From positions 946,180 through 1,010,179 of the forward strand of contig OZ243039.1 of the NCBI GenBank assembly GCA_965212025.1: a DNA stretch of 64,000 nt, in the 5' to 3' direction. The translations under genes were made by a program, and so were the position numbers. Origin of the DNA: Candidatus Oxydemutatoraceae bacterium. GTDB lineage: Bacteria > Pseudomonadota > Gammaproteobacteria > Poriferisulfidales > Oxydemutatoraceae. Shown here one piece after another: positions 39,878 through 50,111 of the stretch (positions are counted from its first letter, which is position 1; every line of letters starts with the position of its first letter). The notes beneath the pieces were generated by a model. That model saw nothing but the letters and a program-made list of their open reading frames with translations, was not told the DNA's origin and ran no database searches.

Positions 39878-41095
39878 GTGGAAATTGTTGTCCATAAATT
39901 CGGAGGGTCTTCGCTTGCCACCCTGGAGGCCGTGGAAGGTGTTGCCGCCAAAATTGCCAAGGCTCGACTGACTGAGGAAAAAATCGTAGTCGTGGTGTCT
40001 GCCATGGGAAACGAGACCGACCGCTTGTTGGACTTGGCGAAGGGTGCGGACAGCAATTGCCGTGGTCGCGAACTGGATGCCATATTGGCTTCCGGTGAAC
40101 AGGTCAGCGCAGCGCTTCTGGCGACGATGCTGTTGAAGCATGGTGTTGACGCGGTTTCTTTCAGTGGCAGGCAGGCAGGAATCGTGACTGAGGACAGGCA
40201 TAATCGGGCACGCATCAAAAGCATTGACTGCAGCGCGATACGAGCGTGTTTGCATGACGGGAAAGTTGTGGTGGTTGCCGGGTTTCAAGGCACTAATGAA
40301 GCTGGAGAGATTACGACTCTGGGGCGAGGGGGGTCTGACATGACTGCTGTTGCTTTGGCGGCCGTTTTGCAGGCCAACGAGTGCTGGATTTATACGGATG
40401 TGGACGGGGTGTATACGACTGACCCGCGTATCGAACCGAAAGCGAGAAGGCTGTCACGGGTCACGTTTGAGGAGATGTTGGAAATGGCGAGCTTGGGCAC
40501 ACAGGTTTTACAAAATCGGGCAGTGCGGTTCGCCGAGGAATACAATGTCCCTCTGCGAGTGCTTTCCACTTTTGTTACAGGAGAAGGAACCTTGATTGTT
40601 AAAAATGCAGAAGATTTGGAAAAGGTCAGGATAGTCGGCATTGCCGCCAACCGGGATGAAGCGCAGCTGACCATCACCCGAGTCAAGGATCAGCCTGGTG
40701 TTGCTGCGAGAATACTGGAAGCCATTGCGGAACAGGATATTGAGGTGGACATGATCGTACAGAATGTGGGGATCAGCAGTCATCAGGCGGATTTCACGTT
40801 TACAGTCCACCAAAGAGACTATTCGCGGGCTTTGTCATGCCTGCAAGAGCTTGCCAAAGAGTTGGAGTCAGGGTCGGTTTTTGGTGATAATGACATCGTG
40901 AAGGTTTCGTTGGTCGGTGTCGGGATGCGATCCCACGCCGGAATTGCCGCCAAAATGTTTGCCGCGATTGCCAAACACGGCATCAATGTCAAGATGATTT
41001 CCACCTCCGAAATTAAAATATCCGTGGTGGTGGAGTCGCGGCATGGGGACGAATTGGTGCGTATTTTGCACGAGGCTTTCGAGCTGGACGCCTGA
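39878..41095 (+). CDS. lysC: Aspartate kinase
   Basis: KFGGSS, VVVSAMG, TLGRGGSD, TDVDGVYTTDPR, two ACT domains and STSEIKIS. Confidence 0.97.
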   Translation: MEIVVHKFGGSSLATLEAVEGVAAKIAKARLTEEKIVVVVSAMGNETDRLLDLAKGADSNCRGRELDAILASGEQVSAALLATMLLKHGVDAVSFSGRQAGIVTEDRHNRARIKSIDCSAIRACLHDGKVVVVAGFQGTNEAGEITTLGRGGSDMTAVALAAVLQANECWIYTDVDGVYTTDPRIEPKARRLSRVTFEEMLEMASLGTQVLQNRAVRFAEEYNVPLRVLSTFVTGEGTLIVKNAEDLEKVRIVGIAANRDEAQLTITRVKDQPGVAARILEAIAEQDIEVDMIVQNVGISSHQADFTFTVHQRDYSRALSCLQELAKELESGSVFGDNDIVKVSLVGVGMRSHAGIAAKMFAAIAKHGINVKMISTSEIKISVVVESRHGDELVRILHEAFELDA

Positions 41096-41127
41096 GAGGG
41101 ACTCTCCAGGGGAGCAATCGTTACGTC

Positions 41128-41574
41128 ATGCTGCTGGTTTCAAATGTTCCGGGTTTCTGGACTTGTCGCAAGACTTGGCAGCGAAGTGCTTACAACACGA
41201 TGTGGTGCCTGATTGGTTGCTCGGTAGGTGACCTCGGTACCATCCTGTTTTTTCAATGGTCCGGAATTGGGTGGCCGGTCCTGGCGATTATGGTTTTGGC
41301 GATGGTCAATGGGCTGGTAACCAGCCTGATACTTGAGACGGTGGTTTTGCTGCGTGGCGGTATGGCTCTCGTACTGGCTTTCAAAACCGCTTTTGGAATG
41401 AGTTTTATTTCCATGCTGGGCATGGAGGCCACTATGAATATGGTCGATTTTTTCCTTGTTGGCGGTGCAAGGATTGTTCTTTGGGCCTTACCGTTTATCT
41501 TTTTGGCTGGCTTCGTCACCCCTTGGCCGTACAACTACTGGCAGTTGAAAAAGTACGGCAAGGCCTGCCACTGA
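41128..41574 (+). CDS. DUF4396-like membrane protein
   Basis: TMWCLIGCSVGD...SFISMLGMEATMN...AGFVTPWPYNYWQLKKYGKACH. Confidence 0.75.
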   Translation: MLLVSNVPGFWTCRKTWQRSAYNTMWCLIGCSVGDLGTILFFQWSGIGWPVLAIMVLAMVNGLVTSLILETVVLLRGGMALVLAFKTAFGMSFISMLGMEATMNMVDFFLVGGARIVLWALPFIFLAGFVTPWPYNYWQLKKYGKACH

Positions 41575-41602
41575 ATCGCGTAGCAAACGGTCTGTCCCGC
41601 GG

Positions 41603-41624
41603 AAACCCGGAAATGGCCGGGTTT
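41603..41624. terminator. Hairpin between convergent genes (aaacccgg-N6-ccgggttt)
   Basis: Perfect 8-bp inverted repeat between the DUF4396 and mobB stops. Confidence 0.5.
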
Positions 41625-41678
41625 GTCGGCTCTGCGCTCAGGCCTGTTCTGGAGTCAGATCGGCTGAGTCAGCAGTCG

Positions 41679-42233
41679 TTACCACCGAGACCGTAGCAAA
41701 CCCTCGCGTTCACGGGCAATAAAGTCTGCAATGGCGGTGCTGTCATTGATGGGCAGCACGGGAATCCTGATGTTTGCAGGGGCTTTTCCATCGCTTGCGA
41801 ACGCAATGATGTTGGGGTCGTGTGGGTACAGGGGCGCGCGCCCCAAAACGCTCCGATGCAATTCAATTTTCGGAAAAAACTCTTTTTTGAATCCTTCCAC
41901 CAGCACCAGATCAAGCGACTTCAGATCGAGTTTTGGCAGCAGTTCCTGCAACGTGGGTTCGCGTGTGCCTTTTGGCAGTTCCGTAACCAGCGCATGGCGC
42001 CTGCTGGAAGAAATCAGCATTTGTTCCGCGCCTGAGTGGCGCAGTTCATAGCTGTCCTTGCCCGGTATGTCAGTGTCAAAGTCATGGTGAGCGTGTTTGA
42101 TCACGCCAACCCGCAGCTTTTTTGCGCACAGCAAGGGGAGCAGCTTTTTTAGCAGTGTGGTTTTGCCGGTGCCACTGATGGCACAAAAGCCAACAATGGA
42201 CAAAGCGGGAGAAGGAGCTTCCACGCGAGTCAT
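41679..42233 (-). CDS. mobB: Molybdopterin-guanine dinucleotide biosynthesis protein B
   Basis: GFCAISGTGKTTLL, IKHAHHDFDTDIPGKDSYELR and DLVLVEGFK. Confidence 0.95.
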   Translation of the reverse strand: MTRVEAPSPALSIVGFCAISGTGKTTLLKKLLPLLCAKKLRVGVIKHAHHDFDTDIPGKDSYELRHSGAEQMLISSSRRHALVTELPKGTREPTLQELLPKLDLKSLDLVLVEGFKKEFFPKIELHRSVLGRAPLYPHDPNIIAFASDGKAPANIRIPVLPINDSTAIADFIAREREGLLRSRW

Positions 42234-42829
42234 GTCAGCAGAAAGCGCGTGACGGCTTTCAGGGAGTCCGGGTCGTTGATGTTCGCAAAGCGCGGGTCAC
42301 CCTTTTCGTAAACAGCTTCAGCGACCTTTATTTCCCGAAACCACTGGTCAATTTTCCGTCTGCCACTGCGCAAAAACGCCTCCAGAGAACCCAGAAGTCT
42401 TTTGTGCATCAGGCAAAACACCGGATGCAATCTTTCTCCTTCCCGCACCGTGACCAGATCTGCCTTGGTTTCGGTCAACTTCAGGCATTGGCGGGCGATC
42501 AGATCAGCAGGAGGCGCGGGACAATCGCAGGGAAAGGTAGCCAACAGTGGGGTTTCGCAGTATTTGAGGGCAGTGACCATTCCCGCAAGCGGGCCCTGGA
42601 AATTCCCCAAAGTGTCTTTGTGCACCGGGAAGCCATAACTTTCATAGCGCCGGGTGTTTTGGTTGGCATTGATCATGATGCGGCTCACTTGGCCTGATAT
42701 GGCTGCCAGAACGTGCTCCACAGCAGGTTTTCCTGCCAGTTCCATCAGGCCTTTGTCGCACAGCCCCATGCGTCTGCCTTGGCCGCCGCACAGAATGACC
42801 CCGGTGATTTCCTTGTCGTCGCAGTTCAT
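42230..42829 (-). CDS. mobA: Molybdenum cofactor guanylyltransferase
   Basis: GVILCGGQGRRMG..DKGL, GPLAG, PCDCP, HPVF and FANIN. Confidence 0.95.
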   Translation of the reverse strand: MNCDDKEITGVILCGGQGRRMGLCDKGLMELAGKPAVEHVLAAISGQVSRIMINANQNTRRYESYGFPVHKDTLGNFQGPLAGMVTALKYCETPLLATFPCDCPAPPADLIARQCLKLTETKADLVTVREGERLHPVFCLMHKRLLGSLEAFLRSGRRKIDQWFREIKVAEAVYEKGDPRFANINDPDSLKAVTRFLLT

Positions 42830-42973
42830 GAAAAAAGGGTTCAGGACAGGGTTTGGGCAGGATTGGTTATGGCTTGCAGTAACACCTGGGGTAGAATGGC
42901 AAGGGCTTCATTTTGTACCCGTTTTTCGGGCGAATGACAACAAGCTACGAATTATAGATTGGGAGAATTCAAA

Positions 42974-43279
42974 ATGTCGGGTGAAAACAAAACGCAAGAG
43001 ACACTTCGCATCGAGTCAGCAGTTTTTCAGCGGCTGCTTGAGCATTTGCGCAAACGTTCGGATGTTCAAAACATCGACTTGATGGAGCTTGCCGATTTTT
43101 GTCGGAACTGTCTTGCGGATTGGTATGTGAAAGCAGCCAAAGACGAAAATATCACTGTCAGCTATGATCAGGCTCGTGAACGGGTTTATGGAATGCCGTA
43201 CCAGGAGTGGAAGGAAAAGCACCAAACCCCGATGACCCCGGAACAGGGAAAAGCATTTTCCGCCCGTGAAAAGAAATAA
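42974..43279 (+). CDS. DUF1244 family protein
   Basis: FQRLLEHLRKRSDVQNIDLMELADFCRNCLADWY...VYGMPYQEWK..HQ. Confidence 0.85.
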   Translation: MSGENKTQETLRIESAVFQRLLEHLRKRSDVQNIDLMELADFCRNCLADWYVKAAKDENITVSYDQARERVYGMPYQEWKEKHQTPMTPEQGKAFSAREKK

Positions 43280-44061
43280 TACCTGAAGCCGATTTTGGCG
43301 ACGCGCAATTGTTGCGCTACAGCCGCCAGATCATGCTCCCTGAGATTGGCTTGCAAGGACAGCAGACCTTGCATGATTCCTGCGTTTTGATCATTGGCAT
43401 GGGAGGCTTGGGCATTCCTCTGGCGACCTACCTCGCCACCAGCGGTATCGGCAAGCTGATTCTGGTTGACGGCGATTGGGTCGAACTTGGCAATCTTCCC
43501 CGCCAGCCTCTCTACGGCGAAAGTGACGTGGGGATGAAAAAAGTGACTGTGGCGGCAGAGCGTCTGAGGGCATTGAATTCGGAAACTCAAATACAGGCGG
43601 TCGCCCAGCATTCCGATGAAGCCATGATCTCCAATCTCGTGTCCGGAGTGCAGGTGGTGGCCGACAGTTCGGATAATTTCCCAACCCGTTTTGCTGTGAA
43701 TCGCGCCTGCTGGAGAAGTACCAAACCCTTGGTGAGCGCCGCGGTCATTCGTATGGAAGGTCAACTGTCGGTTTTTGACTCCCGGAACCAGGAAAATCCT
43801 TGCTACGCCTGCCTCTACCCGGAACCATACGCGGAACAACCAGAAGAAAGGTGCGTGGAAAATGGCGTAGTCGCGCCTCTGGCCGGAATGATGGGTTGTG
43901 CGCAGGCTATGGAAGTCATCAAGCTCCTGCTGAATATTGGCAGCTCTTTGACGGGTCGGCTGTTGATGCTGGACGCCCTCCTGATGAAGTGGCGTGAAAT
44001 CCGGTTGCGGAAAAACCCGGGCTGCGCGGTGTGCGGGACAGCAAAGCCGCTTGCGATATGA
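43279..44061 (+). CDS. moeB: Molybdopterin-synthase adenylyltransferase MoeB/ThiF family (start codon uncertain)
   Basis: RYSRQIML, IGMGGLG, NLPRQ, SDNFPTRFAVN, CYAC and CAVC. Confidence 0.9.
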   Translation: MPEADFGDAQLLRYSRQIMLPEIGLQGQQTLHDSCVLIIGMGGLGIPLATYLATSGIGKLILVDGDWVELGNLPRQPLYGESDVGMKKVTVAAERLRALNSETQIQAVAQHSDEAMISNLVSGVQVVADSSDNFPTRFAVNRACWRSTKPLVSAAVIRMEGQLSVFDSRNQENPCYACLYPEPYAEQPEERCVENGVVAPLAGMMGCAQAMEVIKLLLNIGSSLTGRLLMLDALLMKWREIRLRKNPGCAVCGTAKPLAI

Positions 44062-45245
44062 CTGAAACAGACACGCCTCAAAGCATAGAGGTTGGTGGCA
44101 GCAGGCTGGACATCCTGGGAACGGCCCATGTTTCCAAAGTCAGTCACCAGACAGTAACGGAGCTGATTACCAGCAAAGCCTACGATTCGGTTGCGGTTGA
44201 GCTGTGCGCGCATCGTGTGCGCATGATTTTTGACGAAGGAAAATACTCTGAGACCGACATTTGGAAATTGATCAAAAAAAAGCAGATGGCGGCTTTTGCG
44301 ACCGGCTTGCTTTTCAGCGCCTTTCAGCAACGGATTGCCGAACAGCTCGGAGTTCAGCCCGGTTCCGAACTGAAAGCGGCTGTTCGGTTAAGCCGGGAAC
44401 AATCCATTACCCCGCTTTTGGTGGATCGGGATATCGGGGTCACTTTCAAACGTCTGTATCGGAGCCTGTCCTTCTGGACCCGGCTTTCCATCCCTTCGCT
44501 GATTTTCTTTAGCCTGTTTTCACGGCAAAAAATTTCAGCCGAAGAAATAGAGACATTGAAAAAAGGGGATGTGCTTAGCTCTCTTTTTGAACAACTGGAG
44601 CTGGAATACAAAGATATTTATCAGGCTCTGGTCAAGGAACGGGACTGCTATATGGCAGCAAAAGTCGTGGAATATATCCGTGCCAACAAGCCTTCCCGGG
44701 TCTTGCTAGTGGTCGGAGCCGGTCATGTTAACGGCTTGCTGCGGGAAATCCCCGCTGTCGGGGCAGAGCCACAAACCGTGCTGAAAGACCTGGAATCCAT
44801 CCCGCAGTCGGCAAAGTGGCCAAAGTACGTTCCCTGGATCATCGTGGTGATAATCCTCTCTGGTTTTGCCATTGGCTTCAGCCGGGATACGGAACTCGGC
44901 TTTAGTCTGGTGCGCGACTGGGTGCTGATCAACGGTGGCCTGGCAGCTCTTGGAGCCCTGATCGCGGGAGCGCATCCACTAACGGTGGTCACTGCATTCG
45001 TGGCTGCCCCCTTGACTTCGATCAACCCAACGATTGGCGCCGGCATGGTGACGGCCGCCGCTGAACTGTATTTGCGCAAGCCACTCGTGAGTGACTTCAA
45101 GTCGCTGAGAAAATGTACGGGCAGTCTTACCGGGTGGCGAAAAAACCGTGTGACACGAACTGCACTGATTTTTTTGTTGAGTACTCTCGGTTCGATAGCA
45201 GGTACCTGGATTGGTGGCCTGTGGATTTACGAAAGCCTGAGCTGA
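44058..45245 (+). CDS. TraB/PrgY/GumN family protein
   Basis: LGTAHVS, VAVELC, PGSE, DRDIGVT, ERDCYMA, VVGAGHV and APLTSINPTIGAG. Confidence 0.88.
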   Translation: MTETDTPQSIEVGGSRLDILGTAHVSKVSHQTVTELITSKAYDSVAVELCAHRVRMIFDEGKYSETDIWKLIKKKQMAAFATGLLFSAFQQRIAEQLGVQPGSELKAAVRLSREQSITPLLVDRDIGVTFKRLYRSLSFWTRLSIPSLIFFSLFSRQKISAEEIETLKKGDVLSSLFEQLELEYKDIYQALVKERDCYMAAKVVEYIRANKPSRVLLVVGAGHVNGLLREIPAVGAEPQTVLKDLESIPQSAKWPKYVPWIIVVIILSGFAIGFSRDTELGFSLVRDWVLINGGLAALGALIAGAHPLTVVTAFVAAPLTSINPTIGAGMVTAAAELYLRKPLVSDFKSLRKCTGSLTGWRKNRVTRTALIFLLSTLGSIAGTWIGGLWIYESLS

Positions 45246-45367
45246 CGGTTCTGCTGCCTCGGATGGTTGTTGGGAAGCATGGGAAGCAGGCAGCGCATGG
45301 CCTATAAAGAAGAGACGAGTGTCTGTCGTGCTGTCAGCCGAGATGGCAGACGAGTCAGTGCACAAAA

Positions 45368-45711
45368 GTGATGAGCCGGTCTGTAAGCCGGGTTCTGTGA
45401 TCGATAGTCATCCATCTAGAACGTACGTCACCGCACACCTCTTGCGGCCTACCTGAACCATTGCGCAGGCTACGCGGCTCTTTTTGGCCTTGCTCCAAGT
45501 GAGGTTTACCCTGCCGCGTATGTTGCCATCCGCGCGGTGCGCTCTTACCGCACCATTTCACCCTTACCAGCACGCGGCTGGCGGTTTGTTTTCTGTGGCA
45601 CTTTCTGTAGGCTCACGCCCCCCAGGTGTTACCTGGCACTTTGCCTTATGGAGCCCGGACTTTCCTCTGCCACTTAGGAGGGTGACAGCGACTATCCGAC
45701 CGACTCACCAC
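45368..45711 (-). ncRNA. rnpB: RNase P RNA (type A)
   Basis: The minus strand contains GAGGAAAGTCCGGGCTCC, AGTGCCACAGAAAA, GGTGCGGTAAGAGCGCACC, GGTAAACC..GGAGCAAG and ACAGAACCCGGCTTA. The P1 ends are complementary. Confidence 0.97.
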
Positions 45712-45715
45712 TTTC

Positions 45716-45721
45716 AGTATA
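45716..45721 (-). promoter_or_regulatory. Putative -10 box (TATACT) of rnpB
   Basis: TATACT lies a few bases upstream of the predicted rnpB 5' end; no clear -35 is visible. Confidence 0.5.
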
Positions 45722-45860
45722 GCCTGCCGGATGGCACGAAGCCGCCATCCGGAGACGAGGTTCCGGGCTTTTCTCTGCCCACGTACGATGTGGGCAGAGA
45801 CCATCCGTCCAACTTGTCACGTTGGTCTACATGTGCCGTGCAGTGCCAAGCTAGGCCAAG

Positions 45861-46703
45861 CCGACTTGACGATGGCGTGGTTGCCATCCGTGGGCATTCC
45901 CCCAGACACGCCACGCCTTTTCATCTCCCGGGGGCGGGCGGGAACCGGGCGTTCCCGGTCTTTGAATTTCGGGAAGCAGGCTGGGTGTTGCGAAAGGAAA
46001 GTGGAAACAGCGTTCGTGGCACGGCGTTTACTGCTCCGGGTGCTTCCGCAGAGGAGTTCAGGGATCTGCACCGACTCCGGCTGTTTTAGTCGGGGGCTTT
46101 CTCACCCATTGTAGCGGCGTAGCCCTGTCCGACTTGACGATGGCGTGAAGTTGCCATCCGTGGGCATTCCCCCAGACACGCCACGCCTTTTCATCCGGCC
46201 GGGGGGTGGCGGCGGGCGGGAACCGGGCGTTCCCGGGGGCGGGCGGGAACCCGTTCCCGGTCTTTGAATTTCGGGAAGCAGGCCGGGTGTTGCGAAAGGA
46301 AAGTGGAAACAGCGTTCGTGGCACGACGTTTACTGCTCCGGGTGCTTCCGCAGAGGAGTTCAGGGATCATGCACCGACCTTGGCTGTTTTAGTCGGGGGC
46401 TTCTTCACCCATTGTGGCGGCGTAGCCCTGTCCGACTTGACGATGGCGTGAAGTTGCCATCCGTGGGCAATCCCCCAGACACGCCACGTCCTTTTCATCT
46501 CCCGGGGGGTGGGCGGGAACCGGGCGTTCCTGGTCTTTGAATTTCGGGAAGCAGGCCGGGTGTTGCGAAAGGAAAGTGGAAACAGCGTTCGTGGCACGAC
46601 GTTTACTGCTCCGGGTGCTTCCGCAGGGGAGTTCAGGGATCTGCACCGACCTTGGCTGTTTTAGTCGGGGGCTTCTTCACCCATTGTGGCGGCGTAGCCC
46701 TGT
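45861..46703. repeat. Three tandem copies (268/303/272 bp) of the SPOR gene 3' end plus downstream DNA
   Basis: ccgacttgacgatggcgtg occurs at 45861, 46129 and 46432. Each unit ends with the reverse complement of the last ~13 SPOR codons (QGYAATMGEEAPD*, diverged in the first copy). Confidence 0.9.
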
Positions 46704-47194
46704 AGCCTGAGACGACGCAGTGTTTCCCGAGCCTGTTGGTGGGTATAGGGGCCGAGGAACACCCGAAACTGCTTTTTGCCTTCGTGAGGAATGGTTTTGG
46801 TGAAGGCTTCAAGACCCAGTTCTGTTACGCTTTTTTTTAATTCTTCCGCATCTGCGCGCAGGGCAAAGATACGCGATTGCAAGTGGTACGTTTTTCCCGG
46901 GTTTTGGCTTGGCGGATCATCAGAACCTCCGGAGACCAGTTTTTCACGGCTCTTGAGTAAGGTGAAATAAGTGTAGCGGTTCTGTTGCGTTTCCTGGCTG
47001 GTCGCTGTTGGTTCTTTGTTGGCAGGCGGCGAAGGAGGAAGGGGTGTTGCCAGATTTCTGTTCGCGTTTATCTCATAGAGGAGGAGGGATAGCGCCGCGA
47101 AGCTGGCAAGCCCGATGTACAGCACCCACCGTGTCGGTTTTTTCGGTGCCCTGTTCGGTTCATAGTTCAGGTGTTTGTAGTCCCTGTCTGCCAT
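46661..47194 (-). CDS. SPOR-domain cell-division protein (FtsN-like)
   Basis: MADRDYK, one TM helix, YTYFTLL and SPOR-like YHLQ...FRVFLGPY; it follows argS. Confidence 0.8.
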   Translation of the reverse strand: MADRDYKHLNYEPNRAPKKPTRWVLYIGLASFAALSLLLYEINANRNLATPLPPSPPANKEPTATSQETQQNRYTYFTLLKSREKLVSGGSDDPPSQNPGKTYHLQSRIFALRADAEELKKSVTELGLEAFTKTIPHEGKKQFRVFLGPYTHQQARETLRRLRLQGYAATMGEEAPD

Positions 47195-47304
47195 GTCTGC
47201 TGGGTTGTTTTGCTAAAAGTGAAAGAGGATTTCTGTCCCTGTCAGCTGCCCATTATCCTCCGGGTATTGCCAAGCGTGACGTGCATCAAAAATCATGGTT
47301 CCCG

Positions 47305-49077
47305 TCACATCTTTTTGGGTGCCGTGATGTCGAAGATGCCCAAGCCATTTTCCAGCACCTGTGCGATTGCCATAAACAGGCGAGCCCTGGCTCTGCGCAA
47401 GTGTAGATCGTCGATGAGGACTTGGTGCTTGTGATAGCAGCTGTGAAATTTTGCTGCCAGCTCATGAAGATAGACCAAAATATGGTGGGGTTCCTGCGCA
47501 CGATGCGCGACTTTCAGGCTGTGGGCATAGAAGTGTAAATGGCGGATGAGGTCGGCTTCTTCTTTTTCTTTCAGCAAATCAAGTTGGTCAGATCTTTTTT
47601 CTATGGTTCCCGGGTATCGCTCTTTGACTTTGGTGATCACGCTATGTATGCGTGCGTGCGCGTACTGAATATAAAACACCGGATTTTTTTCGCTGCGCGA
47701 TTTTGCCAGGTCGATGTCAAAGTCTAAATGCTGACTCGGTTTTCTGAACAGAAAAAAGAAGCGCGCCGCATCAACGCCGACCTCCTCGAACAAGGTACGC
47801 AGCGTCACAAAATCTCCGGCGCGCGTAGACATGGGAACTTTCTGTCCATCGCGTATCAAGGTCACAAATTGCACGAAGATGATGCGCAATTTTTCCTGAT
47901 CGTAGCCCATGGCCTTAATTGCGGCGCGCAAACGTGCTTCGTAGCCGTGGTGGTCAGCACCCCATACGTTGACGAAGCGGTCGTAGAGACGCCCGTTTGT
48001 ATCTTTGCGTTCAAATTTTTCCCTGTGATAGGCGATATCCGAGGCGAAGTAGGTGAACCGTCCGTCACTGCGCTGTACGACCCGGTCTTTTGTGTCTCCA
48101 AATCTCGTCGAGCGGAACCACCGTGCGCTGTCTTTGCGGTAAAGGTGTCTTCTCTCCTCAAGGATGTCGAGTGCTTCTTTAATTTTCCCCTGGTCTATCA
48201 GTTCCCGTTCTGACTGCCACTTGCCAAAATACACTTTGAAATCCCTCAAGTCGCGCTTTATTTCCTGTTTGATGCTCTCGATCGCAGCATCCCGGATGCG
48301 GGCGACATTTCCTCCCCCGATGGCTTGATTCTGGTAGGTCAGGAACGCGTCAATCTGTTTTTCTCCTTCAGTCGTCAGGCAATTCTCCCCTGGCAGGCAA
48401 TCCGGTGCAGCGGATAGTGTTTTGCCATATTCATCCTTCAGTTCGCGTGCCAGATCCCTGATGTAATCACCTTGGTACGCCAAGGTGGGGAACTTGATGA
48501 GCTTGTTACCTAAAAGGGCAATATAGCGGAGCCAGACCGAAAGACCCAGAATATCGGCCTGCCTGCCAGTGTCGTTAACGTAGTATTCATGATCCGCCAC
48601 ATGACCGAAGACTTTGTTCAGTTCAGCCAGTGCGCTCCCGTATGCCGCCCCCCTGCCGTGTCCCACGTGCAAGGGGCCGGTCGGGTTGGCAGAAACATAT
48701 TCGATGAGCACACGGCCGTCTTTTCTAGCTACCGGAGGTTCAACAAATTCATTGGATTCCAGTATTTGCTCAATCATGGATTCAGGGCCTCCGATACGAA
48801 AATTGATAAAGCCCGGAGGGGTGGGGACGATTTTGCCCAGCTCTACGGGGGCGAGGTGCCACATTTTGCCAACGATTTCCTTGGCAATGTCCATTGGCGG
48901 CTTTTTCAGCTTCCGGGATAACACCATCGCCACATTGGTGGTGTAATCCCCGTGTATCGCCATTTTGCAGGGTTCCACTGTTGGGGTCACCTCGTCCGCC
49001 AGCTCTTTGCCATACAAGGCCTGAAGGGCAGTTTCGAGAGCCTCCCGGATTGCCAGAGCGATGTCTTTGCCTGTCAT
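47305..49077 (-). CDS. argS: Arginine--tRNA ligase
   Basis: HGDYTTNVAM, EYVSANPTGPLHVGHGRGA, WGADHHGY, MSTRAG and YIQYAHARI. Confidence 0.98.
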   Translation of the reverse strand: MTGKDIALAIREALETALQALYGKELADEVTPTVEPCKMAIHGDYTTNVAMVLSRKLKKPPMDIAKEIVGKMWHLAPVELGKIVPTPPGFINFRIGGPESMIEQILESNEFVEPPVARKDGRVLIEYVSANPTGPLHVGHGRGAAYGSALAELNKVFGHVADHEYYVNDTGRQADILGLSVWLRYIALLGNKLIKFPTLAYQGDYIRDLARELKDEYGKTLSAAPDCLPGENCLTTEGEKQIDAFLTYQNQAIGGGNVARIRDAAIESIKQEIKRDLRDFKVYFGKWQSERELIDQGKIKEALDILEERRHLYRKDSARWFRSTRFGDTKDRVVQRSDGRFTYFASDIAYHREKFERKDTNGRLYDRFVNVWGADHHGYEARLRAAIKAMGYDQEKLRIIFVQFVTLIRDGQKVPMSTRAGDFVTLRTLFEEVGVDAARFFFLFRKPSQHLDFDIDLAKSRSEKNPVFYIQYAHARIHSVITKVKERYPGTIEKRSDQLDLLKEKEEADLIRHLHFYAHSLKVAHRAQEPHHILVYLHELAAKFHSCYHKHQVLIDDLHLRRARARLFMAIAQVLENGLGIFDITAPKKM

Positions 49078-49181
49078 ACGTGCATTTGCCGCTATCGGGA
49101 ATAAACCATGACTGCCATCAGCCAGGCCAGGAAATGCGGGACACGGATCGGTTCAGTTCCGCTTTTCGTGCTCCCACCGTC

Positions 49182-50111
49182 TCAGCTTTTTCGGAATTCA
49201 GCGCCTTCTTTTTTGACCGGTGCCATGTCCAGCTGTGTGATTCCGAATGCCACCAGACAAGAGCCGGCTACGTAGACCGAAGAATAGGTGCCGACAATGA
49301 CTCCGACTATCATGGCAATGGTGAAGCCCTGAATCACGGGGCCGCCCAGAACCAGCAAGGCGAACAGCACCAAGAGCGTTGTCAATGAAGTCACGATGGT
49401 GCGCGCCAGCGTCTGGTTGATCGACCGGTTGATGATTCGGGTGGTTTCCAGGCGACGGGAAGCCATGAGATTTTCCCGCACACGGTCATAGACCACGATG
49501 GTGTCATTCAGCGAGTAACCCACGACCGCGAGCAAGGCCGCCAACACCGTCAGGTCGCTCTCGATACCGGTGACGGAGAAAAAGCCGATGGTCAGCAGCA
49601 CGTCATGCGCCAAAGCAATGATGGCGCCAAAAGCAAAGCGGTATTCAAAGCGAAAGGCCACGTAAATGAGGATGCCTAACAAGGCGTACAGCAGTGCCAG
49701 CCCGCCGTCCTCGCGCAGTTCCTCCCCGACTTGGGGACCAACGTATTCAACGCGCCTTATTTTCAGTTCGCCCAGATCTTCCAAGGCTGCGATGACCAGC
49801 GAACTGATTTCGGCACGCGCAGTTTCGGCGCGCAAAGGAATGCGCACGAGCAAGCTTTTGGCGGTGCCAAAGTACTGTACTTTCGCGTCTGAAAGTTCTG
49901 TTTCTTCCAGAACGCGCCGCACGTCATCGAGCACCACGGCTTGCTTGTACTCGACTTCAAGCAGCGTGCCGCCGGTGAAGTCAATGCCAAAGTTCAATCC
50001 CCGAAAAACGAGTGATGTCAACGCGATCAGGATCAGTACAGCTGACACGCGGAGTGCCAGCTTGCGCTGCTGCATGAAGTTAAAACGGGTGTCTTTTAAC
50101 AGGCTGATCAT
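49182..50111 (-). CDS. secF: Protein translocase subunit SecF
   Basis: GLNFGIDFTGGT, VGPQVGEEL, FRFEYRF, HDV and GYSLNDTIVVYDRVRE. Confidence 0.97.
   Translation of the reverse strand: MISLLKDTRFNFMQQRKLALRVSAVLILIALTSLVFRGLNFGIDFTGGTLLEVEYKQAVVLDDVRRVLEETELSDAKVQYFGTAKSLLVRIPLRAETARAEISSLVIAALEDLGELKIRRVEYVGPQVGEELREDGGLALLYALLGILIYVAFRFEYRFAFGAIIALAHDVLLTIGFFSVTGIESDLTVLAALLAVVGYSLNDTIVVYDRVRENLMASRRLETTRIINRSINQTLARTIVTSLTTLLVLFALLVLGGPVIQGFTIAMIVGVIVGTYSSVYVAGSCLVAFGITQLDMAPVKKEGAEFRKS

Noticed and set aside
45355-46089. ORFs 45355..45573 and 45484..46089
   Set aside because: They overlap the RNase P RNA gene and the adjacent repeats and are spurious.
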